A stretch of 62,864 nucleotides of DNA, the filler included, from Polymyxa betae A26-41 (Eukaryota; Protista; Endomyxa: Phytomyxea), in assembly GCA_003693705.1 (NCBI GenBank). It is 8 parts of 8 records of this genome, joined end to end, with 100 filler letters (N's around TTAATTAATTAA, not from the genome) between each part and the next. Parts side by side here need not be neighbours in the genome. Positions count along the whole stretch, not along the records: positions 1 to 6,400 come from RBZT01000429.1; positions 6,501 to 9,460 come from RBZT01000479.1; positions 9,561 to 24,996 come from RBZT01000639.1; 5 more parts are not named here. One strand, written 5' to 3'. Numbering within the stretch: the first letter of the stretch is position 1; each line of letters opens with the position of its first letter. The notes under the pieces were generated by a model, which was not told the origin of the DNA, searched no databases, and saw nothing but the letters and a program-made list of their open reading frames with translations. Position numbers and translations under genes: made by a program. Below, one piece after another: positions 1 to 11,067 of the stretch.

Positions 1-1344
1 TCACCGAGCGAGAAAACCAACACCAAGCAGCTTCGTCTAAGTTAGCCGAATACTTCTACTGGCCAAATATGATGCAAGAAGTGCGGGAGTTTTGCAAGTC
101 TTGCTTGCATTGTTTGCCTACCCGTGGTGGGGTCAGGATACCTCGACCGTTAGGAGAAGCTTTGCATGGGCAGTATCCCAATCATGTTTTACACATGGAC
201 TGGATATATATTATGCCCGCAGATACACAGAATTCACACAGCTATCAGTGGAATCTCATTATGAGAGATGACTTGTCAGGTTTTGTAAAGATTACACCTG
301 CAGTCATTCCTGATGCACTGGAAACTGTGGATGCTCTGATGGAGTGGAGAGCTGCTTCAAGAACTCCAGAGATACTGGTAACTGATATGGCATCGTACTC
401 TATGTCGACAGTTATGAAGGTGTTCACACAAAGGTGCAGTATGCAGCATCACTTCACAGTAGCAAATGGACATTATAGTAATGGCTCTATTGAAGTCATT
501 ACTAAGCATTACTTAGCATTGATGAGAGCGCTTATCTCAGAGTTACATTGGAATAAGCAAGATTGGCCATGGTTAAATAAGAACATCGAGCATACACTTA
601 ACCATCGTCCACAAGCTAGATTAGATGGCAAGGCGCCAGTGACAGTATTCACCGGCCAGCCTGCTGATAATCCTTATGATTATTTCTTTAAGAGGGCAGC
701 GCTTAGATCATTTAAGCTACAGCGCGTTAGTCCCGACAAGATTCGGCAATTTGTTGAGAGCTTACAGCAGTCGTTGTCGAATATCCACAAGCAGGTCTCG
801 ACTCTGTCTGAGCAACACAGGAAGTTGAAGCGGATCCAGCCTAGAATAATGAGGAGGGAGCCGAACTTTCTGGTTGGAGACTTTGTGCTAATAGCAGATC
901 CAGATCCCACGCGGAGACCTGGAAAGAAATTATTCTTGACATGGAAAGGACCATATAAGATCACAGATACATTGAATAATTATATTTTCGAGGTTGAGAA
1001 TATAATCAATGGATCTAAGCAAATAGTCCATGGGGATAGAATCAGATATTATTGTGACGGCAAACTAAACGTAACTGAGCAGATCAAAGATCAGTTTGCT
1101 TACGATAGCTCAAGTTATGAAGTAGGCAAAGTTCAGGGACTGCCGCATTAATCCCCAAACCCATGAGATTGAGTTCATTGTTGACTGGAAGGGATTTTCT
1201 CATTCAGAAAGCATTTGTGAACCTTTGAAGAATTTACGGGAAGATGTTCCTGTACTAGTTAATAACTATCTAAGAGAATTAAAGAGCGCAGGTCATGCAC
1301 TTGCTGACACTGCGGAGGCGTTTGTTAAAACGAGGACTTGTTAA
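1..1344 (+). mobile_element. Ty3/Gypsy (family A) pol 3' part: integrase + chromodomain, frameshifted near 1140
   Basis: ORF 69..1151 has the zinc-finger end CKSCLHC and rve core (HMDW, VTDM, NGSIE), plus a GPY motif. A shifted frame gives chromodomain IVDWKGFSHSESICEP, stop at 1344. Confidence 0.92.
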
Positions 1345-1440
1345 TGAGTTGCATGCTTTTTCCATACATAGCCCGTGGTTTTTTTAAAGCCGCAACCATT
1401 GATTACGTTTAGACTCTTTTAACTAGAAACTGCCATTTTT

Positions 1441-1706
1441 GAGGAGGGGAGTGTGTCAATCTAAAGTAATGTTACCTGTAACATTACTTATTGACCAAGA
1501 AAGGACTGGAAGAGTGATTGGTGGAGATTACTCGGTACATGAGTGGCGGAGAATACTCCGTGAGTGGATCCCAAAATCGATGAATCTTCCCAGTCGATTC
1601 CAAGGGGCCCCAATTAGTGGCTTGTGCTGTCTCGAGGATATGAATCCTCAGAGTATAAAAGGGCTAATTACATCCGATAATAAATCATAATTCATTTCAC
1701 ATCACA
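1441..1706 (+). repeat. PPT and 3' LTR of Gypsy family A element
   Basis: Purine run GAGGAGGGGAG at 1441-1451, then TGTG at 1452 to CACA at 1706, with TATAAAA and AATAAA inside. Confidence 0.75.
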
Positions 1707-2110
1707 ACAGTAACATCAAAGTCTAAATTGCCATAGACAGAAGGAACAGAAAGAACAGAAGGACAAAGACGACAAAGGCAGCAACCAGAACAAGACACAG
1801 CAGAACATACACACGAAGCAGCAGGACGCCAATATCGTGGAGAAAACAACCTTTAGTGCGACAGCGAACGGCAGCTGCGACCATTGACAGATGATTTGCG
1901 ATTCGGACGCGACTGCGCACATTGCGGGAGGTTTGAATCTGATGACCAGCATAACGGGAATATCTCCAGTGAACGATATCCTCGCAGACGGGCGGGTGAT
2001 CCAGTCAACGCAAGCCGGAACGATCACACTACAGGTGTAAAGGCTCAATATGTCAAGGTTGAGAATGTTTTGTAAGTCCCAGGAATTTGTGATGGATGAG
2101 TCTCCGATGC
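1707..2110 (+). pseudogene. Decayed Ty1/Copia gag zinc-knuckle end and protease remnant
   Basis: Reads HQSLNC...*QMICDSDATAH...LADGRVIQSTQAGTITL, then VENVL*VPG in a shifted frame. Matches Copia protease motifs WxxDSGATxH and NVLYVP. Confidence 0.7.
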
Positions 2111-2572
2111 AGGCGCATGCGATTCTTTTGCTGATGAAGTTTCACTAACAACGGACAAATGCACTACTTCATCACCGGGACGAACGATTTATCAGGAGAA
2201 CGCGATAGAAAAAACTATTTGCTTAAAATTCCTGTTCCTGAAAACGCGCTTACTATTACGCACAACCCCAATTGGCACTACAGAGTAGGTCGTTTAAACG
2301 TGTGCGACCTGAAACGAATGTAGGGCAACGGGCTTGTAAAGGGTTGGAGAATTTCAGTAACAATAAACCACAGCGCCGAGCACGCAGCATCCAGAAAAAC
2401 GTGGTTAAATCGGCACCAAACCGCGCTTCTTCGACGGATCCTTTCAGACCTATGTGGTACCATTCACAGAATCGTTGAGGAATCCCGAAGTGGAATCCGA
2501 GTGGAAGAGGGAATCTAAGGGCATCACGCGGAAGTGAAATCAAAGAGGAAGGCAGTCAGAATGCCGATTAGG

Positions 2573-4040
2573 TGTAAGTCGCGACAGGAGGCGAATTTAG
2601 GAAGAAAAGTAATGTAAGGTATTGATCCAAAAGTGTACCTTTCGATATAATCTGAGACCGTAAGGTAATAAGAAGGAAAATTTGAAAAGAAATAATAAAT
2701 ATAATAACAAAGGATCGAGGCTGTACTATTACACCCCCGTCGAGCACTATGCTGTGTCCGCACGCGTGTAGCCTTGAATCAGTGGAGTAAGGTTTTCAGC
2801 TGGTTCCCAACTATTATGAGAACTGTCATAGCCTTTCCAAGACACTAGATATTGGGTCTTGTTGCAATAAAGGCGATGAAACAGGATTCGATCCATGGCA
2901 TTGTAATCGTGGTCTTGGTGACGGAAAAGCGGTCTCGATGTATGCAATATCTGACGAAGACCATCTGAAATAGGAGAGATATAACGATTTTGCTGTGATA
3001 CATGAAACACATTATGAATGCGATATGAGGGAGGTAGGTCGAGGCACTAATCAAGACTACCAAATTTTTCTAAAATTTTAGAAGTTTGCGTTTGTTCGGC
3101 TGTTGCTTATCAAGTAAAATATGCTGCATTGATAGTATTGCTATCTCGAAGACGTTTAATTGGACATCTCGACGTTTGCGATCCGCAAATATACGCTGGG
3201 CCTCCTGTGCCTGATGAAGAATTTCGCGAGTGTGTCTAAGCGTCGTTCTGAGTAATGGTAATAAAATCATCAGCGTCATTCGGGGAATCTGAGGATGTGA
3301 GGGGATTATACCCATTGTTTAAATAAAAATTAAAAATATGATGTCGAAGAGGAAGGCTGGGAATTGTATGCAAATTCGAGTGCAGGAAAAACTTTATCCT
3401 CTGTTTGTTGATGTGCTGTAGATAAACGAAGTTTTGTTCCAAGAATTCGGAATAATTCCGACCGGAATTAGATAACGAATCTAGAATCACGATCAGAAAT
3501 AATTTCTTCGGGAATACCTTGTAAACGGAAATAATTAGTGAAGAAAATGAGGGCAACATCTTTGGCAGCTGTCGATCGTGTTGGGATGAAATGTACCATC
3601 TTGCAAAGAGGATCCACAACCACGAATATAGAATCGAAGCCATGGGGAGTTTTTGGTAGAGACACCATGAAGTCCATTGAAACCGATACAAAACGTTGAT
3701 GCGGAATTGGTAAATAAATATAAGCCCGGCTGGCTTATGCGTCGAAGTCATATTGTGTCCCCAAATATGGCAGCTTCGACAGAACCTCTTGCAATCGGCG
3801 AACAGTGTCGGCCATTAGAAAGATGATGCAATCTTTTTGTACGTTCCATGAAAGCCAAAATGGCATGGTGAGGTGGGCTATGATGTTCAGATAATAATTG
3901 AAGTGCGAATTGATGATTGCCTAGGAGCGCGGATGCGACTGTCGAAGTACAATAAGCCGTTCTGAATTGTGTATTTGAAGCAGGAATGGGCTGATGTAGG
4001 TTGGATGAGAGTATATAGATGAAATCCTCGTCATCGTTGT
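2573..4040 (-). mobile_element. Decayed chromoviral Ty3/Gypsy 3' end (integrase, chromodomain, PPT, LTR ~2573-2733)
   Basis: MDFMVSLPKT..FDSIFVVVD..KMVHFIPT and ISDRDSRF (integrase). YLVSWKGYDSSHNSWEPAENL (chromo). GGGGG then TGTAA at 2733, TTACA end at 2573. Confidence 0.85.
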
Positions 4041-5599
4041 GATACATTTCATCAGAGCAGATTCGCCAAATCGTGAGCTTCTTCTAGACTAGGCAGCGGG
4101 AATTCGGTCCCAACCTCCGAAACTGGGTCGCTTCCACCCTTTCCCATTATGCGGTTCTCAGGCGAGAACCTGCTAGGGGTATGGAACTGCCCAACATGCA
4201 TTCTGTTCGTTTGGAAAACGAGGGGTTCAGCGAATGTCATGTTCTTGTGGTAGCGATGAGAATCAGGAAGACAAATCAGATCGGAAGAGGTAAAGTGTCT
4301 GCATGTTTGAGAAACAAGAACGTTTTATATGTCCATGGGGTGCGGTTGGATTCTATTTCTTTTGGCGTTGGCATGTTGAAGGGGAGCCGTTTCCGACGTT
4401 TAGCTCCAGTCGAGAATGGTATGAAATCACGCTGTTAAAATGTGGAAACAATAGAACGAAAGAGATGTCGTTTATTACAGATTTGCAATCCTTTATTGCA
4501 GCATTTGCCGCGATCGGATTGCAATCCAAAGCAAAGACTCATGCTGGAAAGGTATCGGAAGCCAGAATGGCTGAGCTGGCTGGCGCGAAGGAAGCCCAAA
4601 TTCGTAATCTTGGGCGATGGAACAGCCAATCGATGGGAAACTGTTCTCTCATAAGGCTTCCTCGGCACGCTATGAGGACTCTTCTCGCAATGTTCAGCCC
4701 TGATGCTGGATCTTTCTTTATCATGACAACTGCGGCCGTTCCACAAGAGTCGTTGCTGAGGAAGATATTTCCGGAAGTAGAATTATGGATGGCTGGGCAG
4801 AATGGAACGGGGCGAGGATTTTGAATCAAAAATCGCTGCGGGAGGATTCTTACAATTACTTCAGCACCTCAGACCCGTTATTCTCCAAGATTCCGTCCTT
4901 TTGAAGCGTCAATATCCAAAACAATTCATTTGGAACAATGCGATCTTTTGTGACCAAGAGTATATTGATTTCGCGAATCAACTCAGCACCGTTATGTCGC
5001 AATCGTCGGACCCGACCGAAAGGAGGCAAGAGCTTGCTATGCAGGACCTAACAAAGCGAATCGACAATCTACATCATGACCTTAAAGCTAGCATAACTGC
5101 AGAATTTCGCCCAGTCACAGCAAAAGTATCCAGAATAGAGTCCCTTTTTTATAGATGTTGCCACGGGCGTAACGCTATTACGCCTGAATGGGTCATTTCC
5201 AAAAGCTAGCCCAGCAGAGGTGCAAGCACTGGTCGCTTCAGTGACCACTTTGGCTGCCCCGATCGAATCGAATTTGCCAATGAGAACAGGACGTACCAAA
5301 TGAGCAGGGCAATTGTTATTATCACTGCCCTATGGCGAAAATGGAAGCATGGTATTGGGGGAGGGCCGTCTGTGGAGTCGTTAGAACGGGATACTGGAAC
5401 TAAATGGTGTGTGGGAAAGCATGAACGACGCTTCTTCAATCGAAACAAACTAATCATCAACGCCATTGAGCACCAAGCTCGTACAATGGCTGGAGATTTT
5501 ATAGAAAATGCAAATATCGTTGCCCAACGTTTGAAGAAAAGCGGGCAAGCAACAAGAAGAGCATCGACTGGATATCAGATAACGTATCTCTATTTCTAA
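4040..5599 (+). mobile_element. Crypton (tyrosine-recombinase transposon) pseudogene: Ndc10-II-like YR domain + GCR1_C domain
   Basis: KTNQIG, CPWGAVGFYFFWRW, KTHAGK..ARMAELAG..EAQIRNLGRWN..M.NC(S)L..LPR (expected catalytic Tyr position reads Ser). C-terminal MSR..LWRKWKHGIGGGPSVESLE...W. Several frameshifts. Confidence 0.85.
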
Positions 5600-6132
5600 G
5601 TTAGTAATAAATTACATAGAGTACGATGGTCTCTTAGAATTATGAAGCCAGCTGTTTGAAAAGTTTGAGCATTCGTTCGATCAGATGCTCGCTGAGGGCT
5701 GATCGATATGAATTCGATGTTAAAGCCGATCAACATCTAGGAGGATTTGACCCTATCTTGATTTCGAAGTCTATCAACATTTTGAAAAGATCAAACGCAA
5801 TGATAAAAGCAGCAGAAGCGAGTAGAAAACTAATTAATGTGATGTCGCAACGATGATGAAACAGAAAGTCACTGGAAAGCTAAATTGAATTCATAAATGG
5901 GACATATGCTTGAAAGCAGTGTTGGAATGAAGCAACTGATTGAAAAGCTGAATCTACTATAAAAGATGAGAAATCAGCGATTACAGAGATGGATGTGTGC
6001 GTGTAAGGCCAAGTGAATCAGGGAATTTTGTTTGTATTATCACAAGCGGCTCCGACGAGCCCGGCTGCATGATTGATGGTATACTGCTTCACGATCAGGA
6101 CGATCTTCATCCAGACGTATGACGCTGTGACA

Positions 6133-6400
6133 TAACCCTAACTAGATTCTAATGGTTGTCTGTTAGTAACAAAAACGGGCAGAGTTAGGATTCCTTTAGA
6201 AGCTATGGATCTTAGAGTAAGATTGTGTATCGTCGCTCATGCGGGTGGCAATAGTGGGCATTTAGGGTATCAGGCAGCCTGTGCCAAATTGAGTCAATAC
6301 TGTTATTGGCCCAATATGTCCAAAGATATGAGAGAGCTTTGTAATAGTTGTTTACATTGCTTGCCAACCCGAGGAGGAGTACGAATACCCAGACCTTTGG
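6133..6400 (+). pseudogene. Gypsy family A integrase H2C2 zinc-finger fragment
   Basis: LCIVAHAGGNSGHLG...YWP...CNSCLHCLPTRGGVRIPRPL, near-identical to 34156..35241. Confidence 0.88.
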
Positions 6401-6500
6401 NNNNNNNNNNNNNNNNNNNNNNNNNNNNNNNNNNNNNNNNNNNNTTAATTAATTAANNNNNNNNNNNNNNNNNNNNNNNNNNNNNNNNNNNNNNNNNNNN
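6401..6500. other. Artificial assembly spacer (44N-TTAATTAATTAA-44N)
   Basis: Six-frame stop linker inside an exactly 100-bp gap. Same spacer at 9461-9560, 24997-25096, 29158-29257, 43805-43904, 56682-56781 and 58737-58836. Confidence 0.97.
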
Positions 6501-7449
6501 CTGATCATGATCTTATATCTGAGATCAAAGGGGTGCTGCTTAATACTCGATTCACATTTCAAGAAGTGAAATATTCTTTCAAGCGGCTCTTTTACAAACG
6601 CGAAGAAATGCTTCGACGAGGTCTTTGTGTTGTTCAGGCTCTGTATGAATATCTTCATGATATTCATAATGATGAACACCAAACTATTCAGAATGCGATC
6701 TACAGGTTAACTATGCGACCTTACGGTAGCGATTGTTGTGGCAAAGAAAGAGCGTAACAATATTTCAATTTTCTTATTGAAGTATTTGATGAAGTAATAT
6801 CAGAGAGATTGACAACATTCCCAGAGATTCAACGTTCAATTGCAGATCTTCTGCCAACAGAGATTGAAAAGTTCATGATTCCAGTTAGTGATTCTATCAA
6901 CTGGATAATGAAAGTCACTCAATGATATCAATTTCATAGTTCATTATGTCACAATACACATAGGAGTACAATCTATTGAAGATGTATTGGATTGAATTCC
7001 ACTAGTTTGCTGATATGAACCTTTTGTGTATCAATATCACAGGGCCTGAAGTACGCCAGCTTACCCCCTTGCTAAACCTCAGAGCATTGTCGTGGACAAT
7101 TTCAAAACCCTAAACACGAGGTCCTGCAAATTGAGGGGAGCAGCCTCCTGAAACCGATGAAGAGGCCGCTCCTACTGATCCTCCATTCCTCCTAAAAAAG
7201 AGGCCGTTCCAGCGCCGTCCGCTTTAGAGGCCGCTCTTACCACAGCAGCTTGCTTTGACACACAGCGACCTGTACGCGCAGCCCCATCGTTACTCGTGTA
7301 CTGTCCTCATTATGTGTTCTTTTGTTATCATCGAAATTGTTTTGAAACAGAACGTTGTTCAATTCCGCTTGACCGCCTTCGACAACTTCTATGTGAGTGA
7401 TCAAGACAATCTGGAAAGTTCGTTTCAGAGCTGGAAGTATTTTGGGGGA

Positions 7450-7980
7450 AGGTTCGTCATTGTCAAAATCCTGGCTCGCGATGCCGCAAAATCGTCTCTG
7501 TTTATAACTGAGAATATTTTTCATCTGAAAAAATTTAGGGCAGTCGCTGGTTTTTTCGGTTTATTGAGATATATATTTCGCAATTTTAAAAGTTTCCTGT
7601 TTGTCGAATGCATTGTGAGCAGTGTCCAAATCCGATCGACAAACCTGTTGTCTGAAGGGTTCAAGGGGCTTCAAAAGACTTTTTTCCACTTGCAGATGAG
7701 ACAGCCGGATTCATGGACGAAAATAAAGCTTTAACCTGATTAGTCAAGTTAAACGATCTCCTTCATGGTGAATCTGTTTAGCAGTATGCATCGAATACAC
7801 GATCACAAGATCTGCCCTGGGGCCCTGTTTCTCAGATTTTGCTGGATTTACACCATCACGTTTTGATAGAATACACCTGGTGACATTCACACTACCGTCC
7901 ACCAATCACCAGGATTTCTAAACACTTGCAAACGTCTTTCAATAAATGTGATTATTTTTGTTACAGGCTGGTGATATCAG
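7450..7980 (-). pseudogene. Possible highly decayed KDZ-type (Kyakuja/Dileera-like) transposase
   Basis: Ordered fragments across frames: PACNK, SPGVF, QGPR..VFD.ILLNRF, FVDR..GH..C, ILSY..RF. Confidence 0.35.
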
Positions 7981-8599
7981 ACATTAAGCCTTTTCGTGAT
8001 TACAACCCTCTTTTTTGGATTCGATTCGACTAGTTTGTTGGTAACAAAGGGCGGTTTTGAGTCCATAGAACGCCTCAAGTACGCTGGTTAATCTTTTTTT
8101 GTAAATCTTCAGGAGATTCATTTTCGGTGTTCAGATCCAGCTATAATTCACTAATTTATTGAATATATCCGTTGCTGGGCCCTTTCTGTAATACATAGAT
8201 GAGTCTTTGTAAGGTAGGATAGAAAACCGTCCAATTCTACAGGAAATCGAACCCTGCACTCTATCCTTCCGATTCTCCCATAATGGTGGCCCAGCTTATC
8301 ATCTATCTATCTATTCCGTACTATACGGTTCACTCTTGTAGGCTCGTTCACTCTTCTAGGCTCGCGAGCCTACAAGAGTGAGCCGCGTAAACTATATGGA
8401 ATGCGAGAACCGCCATGATGCGACACGCATTAATTTTTTTTCGTGTCACTTAATTGGGAAAGGGATTCTGTCTGTCGACGGATGCGCAGCCTTCCATCCG
8501 TCGACGGACAGAATTGTGCGTAGCCGTCGGGATCTCCTCTATCTAGGTTCAATGTTGTCCATGTGGAGAAGCCCGAACCATCGTCATAGCAACTATCTG

Positions 8600-9290
8600 T
8601 GATTTCTTTATAACAGCAAGAAGACCCACAACGCCATACTTGAGATGAGCTGTTCGTTTCGCCAAAACATCTAAAGCAGCAGCGACAGAATATATGACTT
8701 AGTGGAAATTATTGGCCATCGTAGATGGAGTTGCATCAGCAGGTGAAGAGCAAAATGTCCGAAGAGCGAGCTGAACCTGGATTACACAATTAATGATGTC
8801 GTGATTTTCACCAAAGACAGCTCTTATCTGGCGATTTGATTTGTACAATAGTAAATCCATCATGTCAAATCTCAATGTTGAGGCGACGTGATCATGCATC
8901 AGAGGCATTTAACGAGACGAAGTTTCGATACAGAGCTGGATTTAGAACAATCGATGGAAGATTCGACGTTTTAGGCTTCACAGTCAATGGGCATTAATTC
9001 ATCCGATTGTAATTGAAGAAGTTTCCAGCTTGGAAGTAATCGGTTGATATTATTTACGTAATTCCGAACTGGAGCAGTGACATGATTGTCTTCCTGTGAT
9101 TCCTTCACCACAATCCCAATGCTGCTGGTATCATGCGCCATCTAAGTGCCAGACATTACAAGCAGGGACATCCATAATACGTGAGGATCAGACAGACATC
9201 ACAACCGCCAAGGATAAGAGAGCGTCGCGTAAATTCTACCACTCGCAGTTGCAGCGTTGGCAGTGCAACCAGTGCAAATACAGAAGCTGA
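8600..9290 (+). pseudogene. Very decayed Gypsy RNase H / integrase-zinc-finger remnant
   Basis: FAKT..AATEY...KLLAIV, WRFDL, HHNPNAAG and LPLAV-like traces in Gypsy order. Confidence 0.35.
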
Positions 9291-9305
9291 CAAAAGGCGT
9301 TTTTA

Positions 9306-9460
9306 GAGCATCTCCACCGCGGGTCTATTCCGAGGTCTAATGAATATAGACCCGTCACGGAATGCCCCACCGCGGGTCTATAGTCTATCTATTAAATAGA
9401 CCGGTCTATTTTTGCAGGAAATAGACCGCTGGCTATTCGAAGGTCTACGGAGTTGCGTGA
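9306..9460 (+). mobile_element. PIF/Harbinger (Tourist-like) left terminus
   Basis: TTA|GAGCATCTCCACCGC followed by repeated GGTCTA/TAGACC subterminal motifs. Cut by spacer. Confidence 0.65.
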
Positions 9461-9560
9461 NNNNNNNNNNNNNNNNNNNNNNNNNNNNNNNNNNNNNNNN
9501 NNNNTTAATTAATTAANNNNNNNNNNNNNNNNNNNNNNNNNNNNNNNNNNNNNNNNNNNN

Positions 9561-9940
9561 ATAAACGCTCTAATTCCATCATAGTATAAAGAGAGGAAAC
9601 ATCCGCGGAAATAAAAAAATCATTACCTTCAATCGGAATGTTCTCTAGTTTCTCTATCAGGCTGAAGCTGTTCTTGAGTGTGAATTCGCATTCGATCTTT
9701 TCCTGCACTGTAGTTAGATAGATGGACCAGTTGGTAGTGATCCAGTTAACTGCGCCGATAATAGGCCGTGACGGTATCGGCTTTGTCTTCTTATGCAGTT
9801 TCGGCAGTACGTGAAACTTCGGCAAGTCCGTGTTGACGATCGAGACGAATTTCTTGGCTTGTTCGGAGAGAAGTCCGGAAGAGATCGCCGTCTTTAACAG
9901 GGCTGCGTTCGCTTTCTTGATTTGGGCCAGAACGGCCATC
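9561..9940 (-). mobile_element. Penelope-like element reverse transcriptase fragment
   Basis: PKFHVLPKLHK..P.RPII, LKNSFSLIEKL and FISADVSSLYT are typical PLE RT N-terminal motifs. Truncated by spacer. Confidence 0.85.
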
Positions 9941-10113
9941 CAATCTGGACTACCTTAATAGCCATCAAGTGTTCGTCTGCGGATCGAGTCACGCTGATGA
10001 CTGAGGATTTTTGAGGGGTTTCGGGATACCATTACGAAGCGCTTAGCTACTGGGGATATGAGGATGCCCTGGGGAATGTTGAGGAACGACTCGAAAGGAG
10101 CCGGAACACTTTT

Positions 10114-10185
10114 TTGTATCGGTTTGGGAACCAACTAAGCAATCTAAGCGCTTAGATTGCTTTGTTGGTTCCCAAACCGATACAA
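10114..10185. repeat. 72-bp palindrome (36-bp arms, 1 mismatch, no loop)
   Basis: TTGTATCGGTTTGGGAACCAAC(T)AAGCAATCTAAGC|GCTTAGATTGCTT(T)GTTGGTTCCCAAACCGATACAA. Confidence 0.95.
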
Positions 10186-10265
10186 TAGCTCAGAGCTAAA
10201 AATCTCCGCCGCGCAAAAATCCGCATTAATAGCTATAGCTTTAGCTCCCAGCGGTGGAGTTGCTC
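10186..10265 (+). mobile_element. PIF/Harbinger (Tourist-like) right terminus
   Basis: AGCT-rich subterminal repeats ending GCGGTGGAGTTGCTC|TAA, the inverse of the 9306 TIR with one mismatch. Confidence 0.65.
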
Positions 10266-10339
10266 TAAGAAAGGGAAAATCGGTTCCCTGATCGATCAAG
10301 AAATTCAAAATAAACTTGACGAATTTGATGCTTACTCAA

Positions 10340-11067
10340 ATCTCTCTCCTTATGTAGAATTTTTGGTTGAAAGCGGATGCACAAGCCACGCTATAGGAGA
10401 CAGAAACCTGTTTGTCAGTTTCACTCCATACTCCGACCGTAGCCGTCGAGTTCAAATGGCTGATAATTCTGAAATTTCAGTAGAAGGAACTGGAACAGTC
10501 TCCATCAAAACGTCACCATCACAGAGTTACGGATTCAGTCATATTAAATCTACGAAACGTGAATTATATTCACCAACTTTCCGGATATTTTTTTCGGTAA
10601 GGGCAGCTGCGGACAGCGGCATAGTCTGCATGTTGCAATACGATCGCGTGCTATTCAATAAGGCAGTCGAGCAAAAACTCATAGCCGTTGGCAACGTATG
10701 GACGACCAATACTACCTGACTGGTACTTTATCCAACATAAAATCGCAACAAATAAACAAAATTTGCATGACCGTAAATTCTGCTTCCGAAGCACTCTGGC
10801 ATGCTCGCCTTGGCCACATTAGTAGAGATCGCCTGAAACTTCTCTGGCGAAAACAACTGGCCAACGGTATGAAAGTAATTAATCGAAAAACATTCCGTTG
10901 CGTGTCCTGTATTCACGGTAAAGGAACCCGAACCCCTTTCCGAACGCACTCAAAGAGCGCGAACGCGACCGAGACAATGGGACGAGTACCATTGGACCTT
11001 CGCGGACCAATGCCCCAAACGCCCGCATTTGACGGTGAGCTGTACGCCATGGTTGTCAAGAACCAAC
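10340..11067 (+). pseudogene. Ty1/Copia protease, GAG-pre-integrase and integrase start, decayed
   Basis: VESGCTSH, MADNSEISVEGTGTV, LWHARLGHIS, CVSCIHGK.TRTPF, DLRGPM. Confidence 0.85.

Noticed and set aside
6445-6456. Recurring TTAATTAATTAA motif and ORFs ending in LIN
   Set aside because: Synthetic six-frame stop linker centred in 100-bp N gaps; not biological.
9994-10100. Hammerhead ribozyme (CTGATGA) next to the Penelope-like RT
   Set aside because: Opposite strand to the RT, with no properly spaced GAAA and no supporting stems.
9306-10265. One Harbinger MITE spanning both TIRs
   Set aside because: A spacer lies between them and the subterminal motifs differ, so pairing is unproven.
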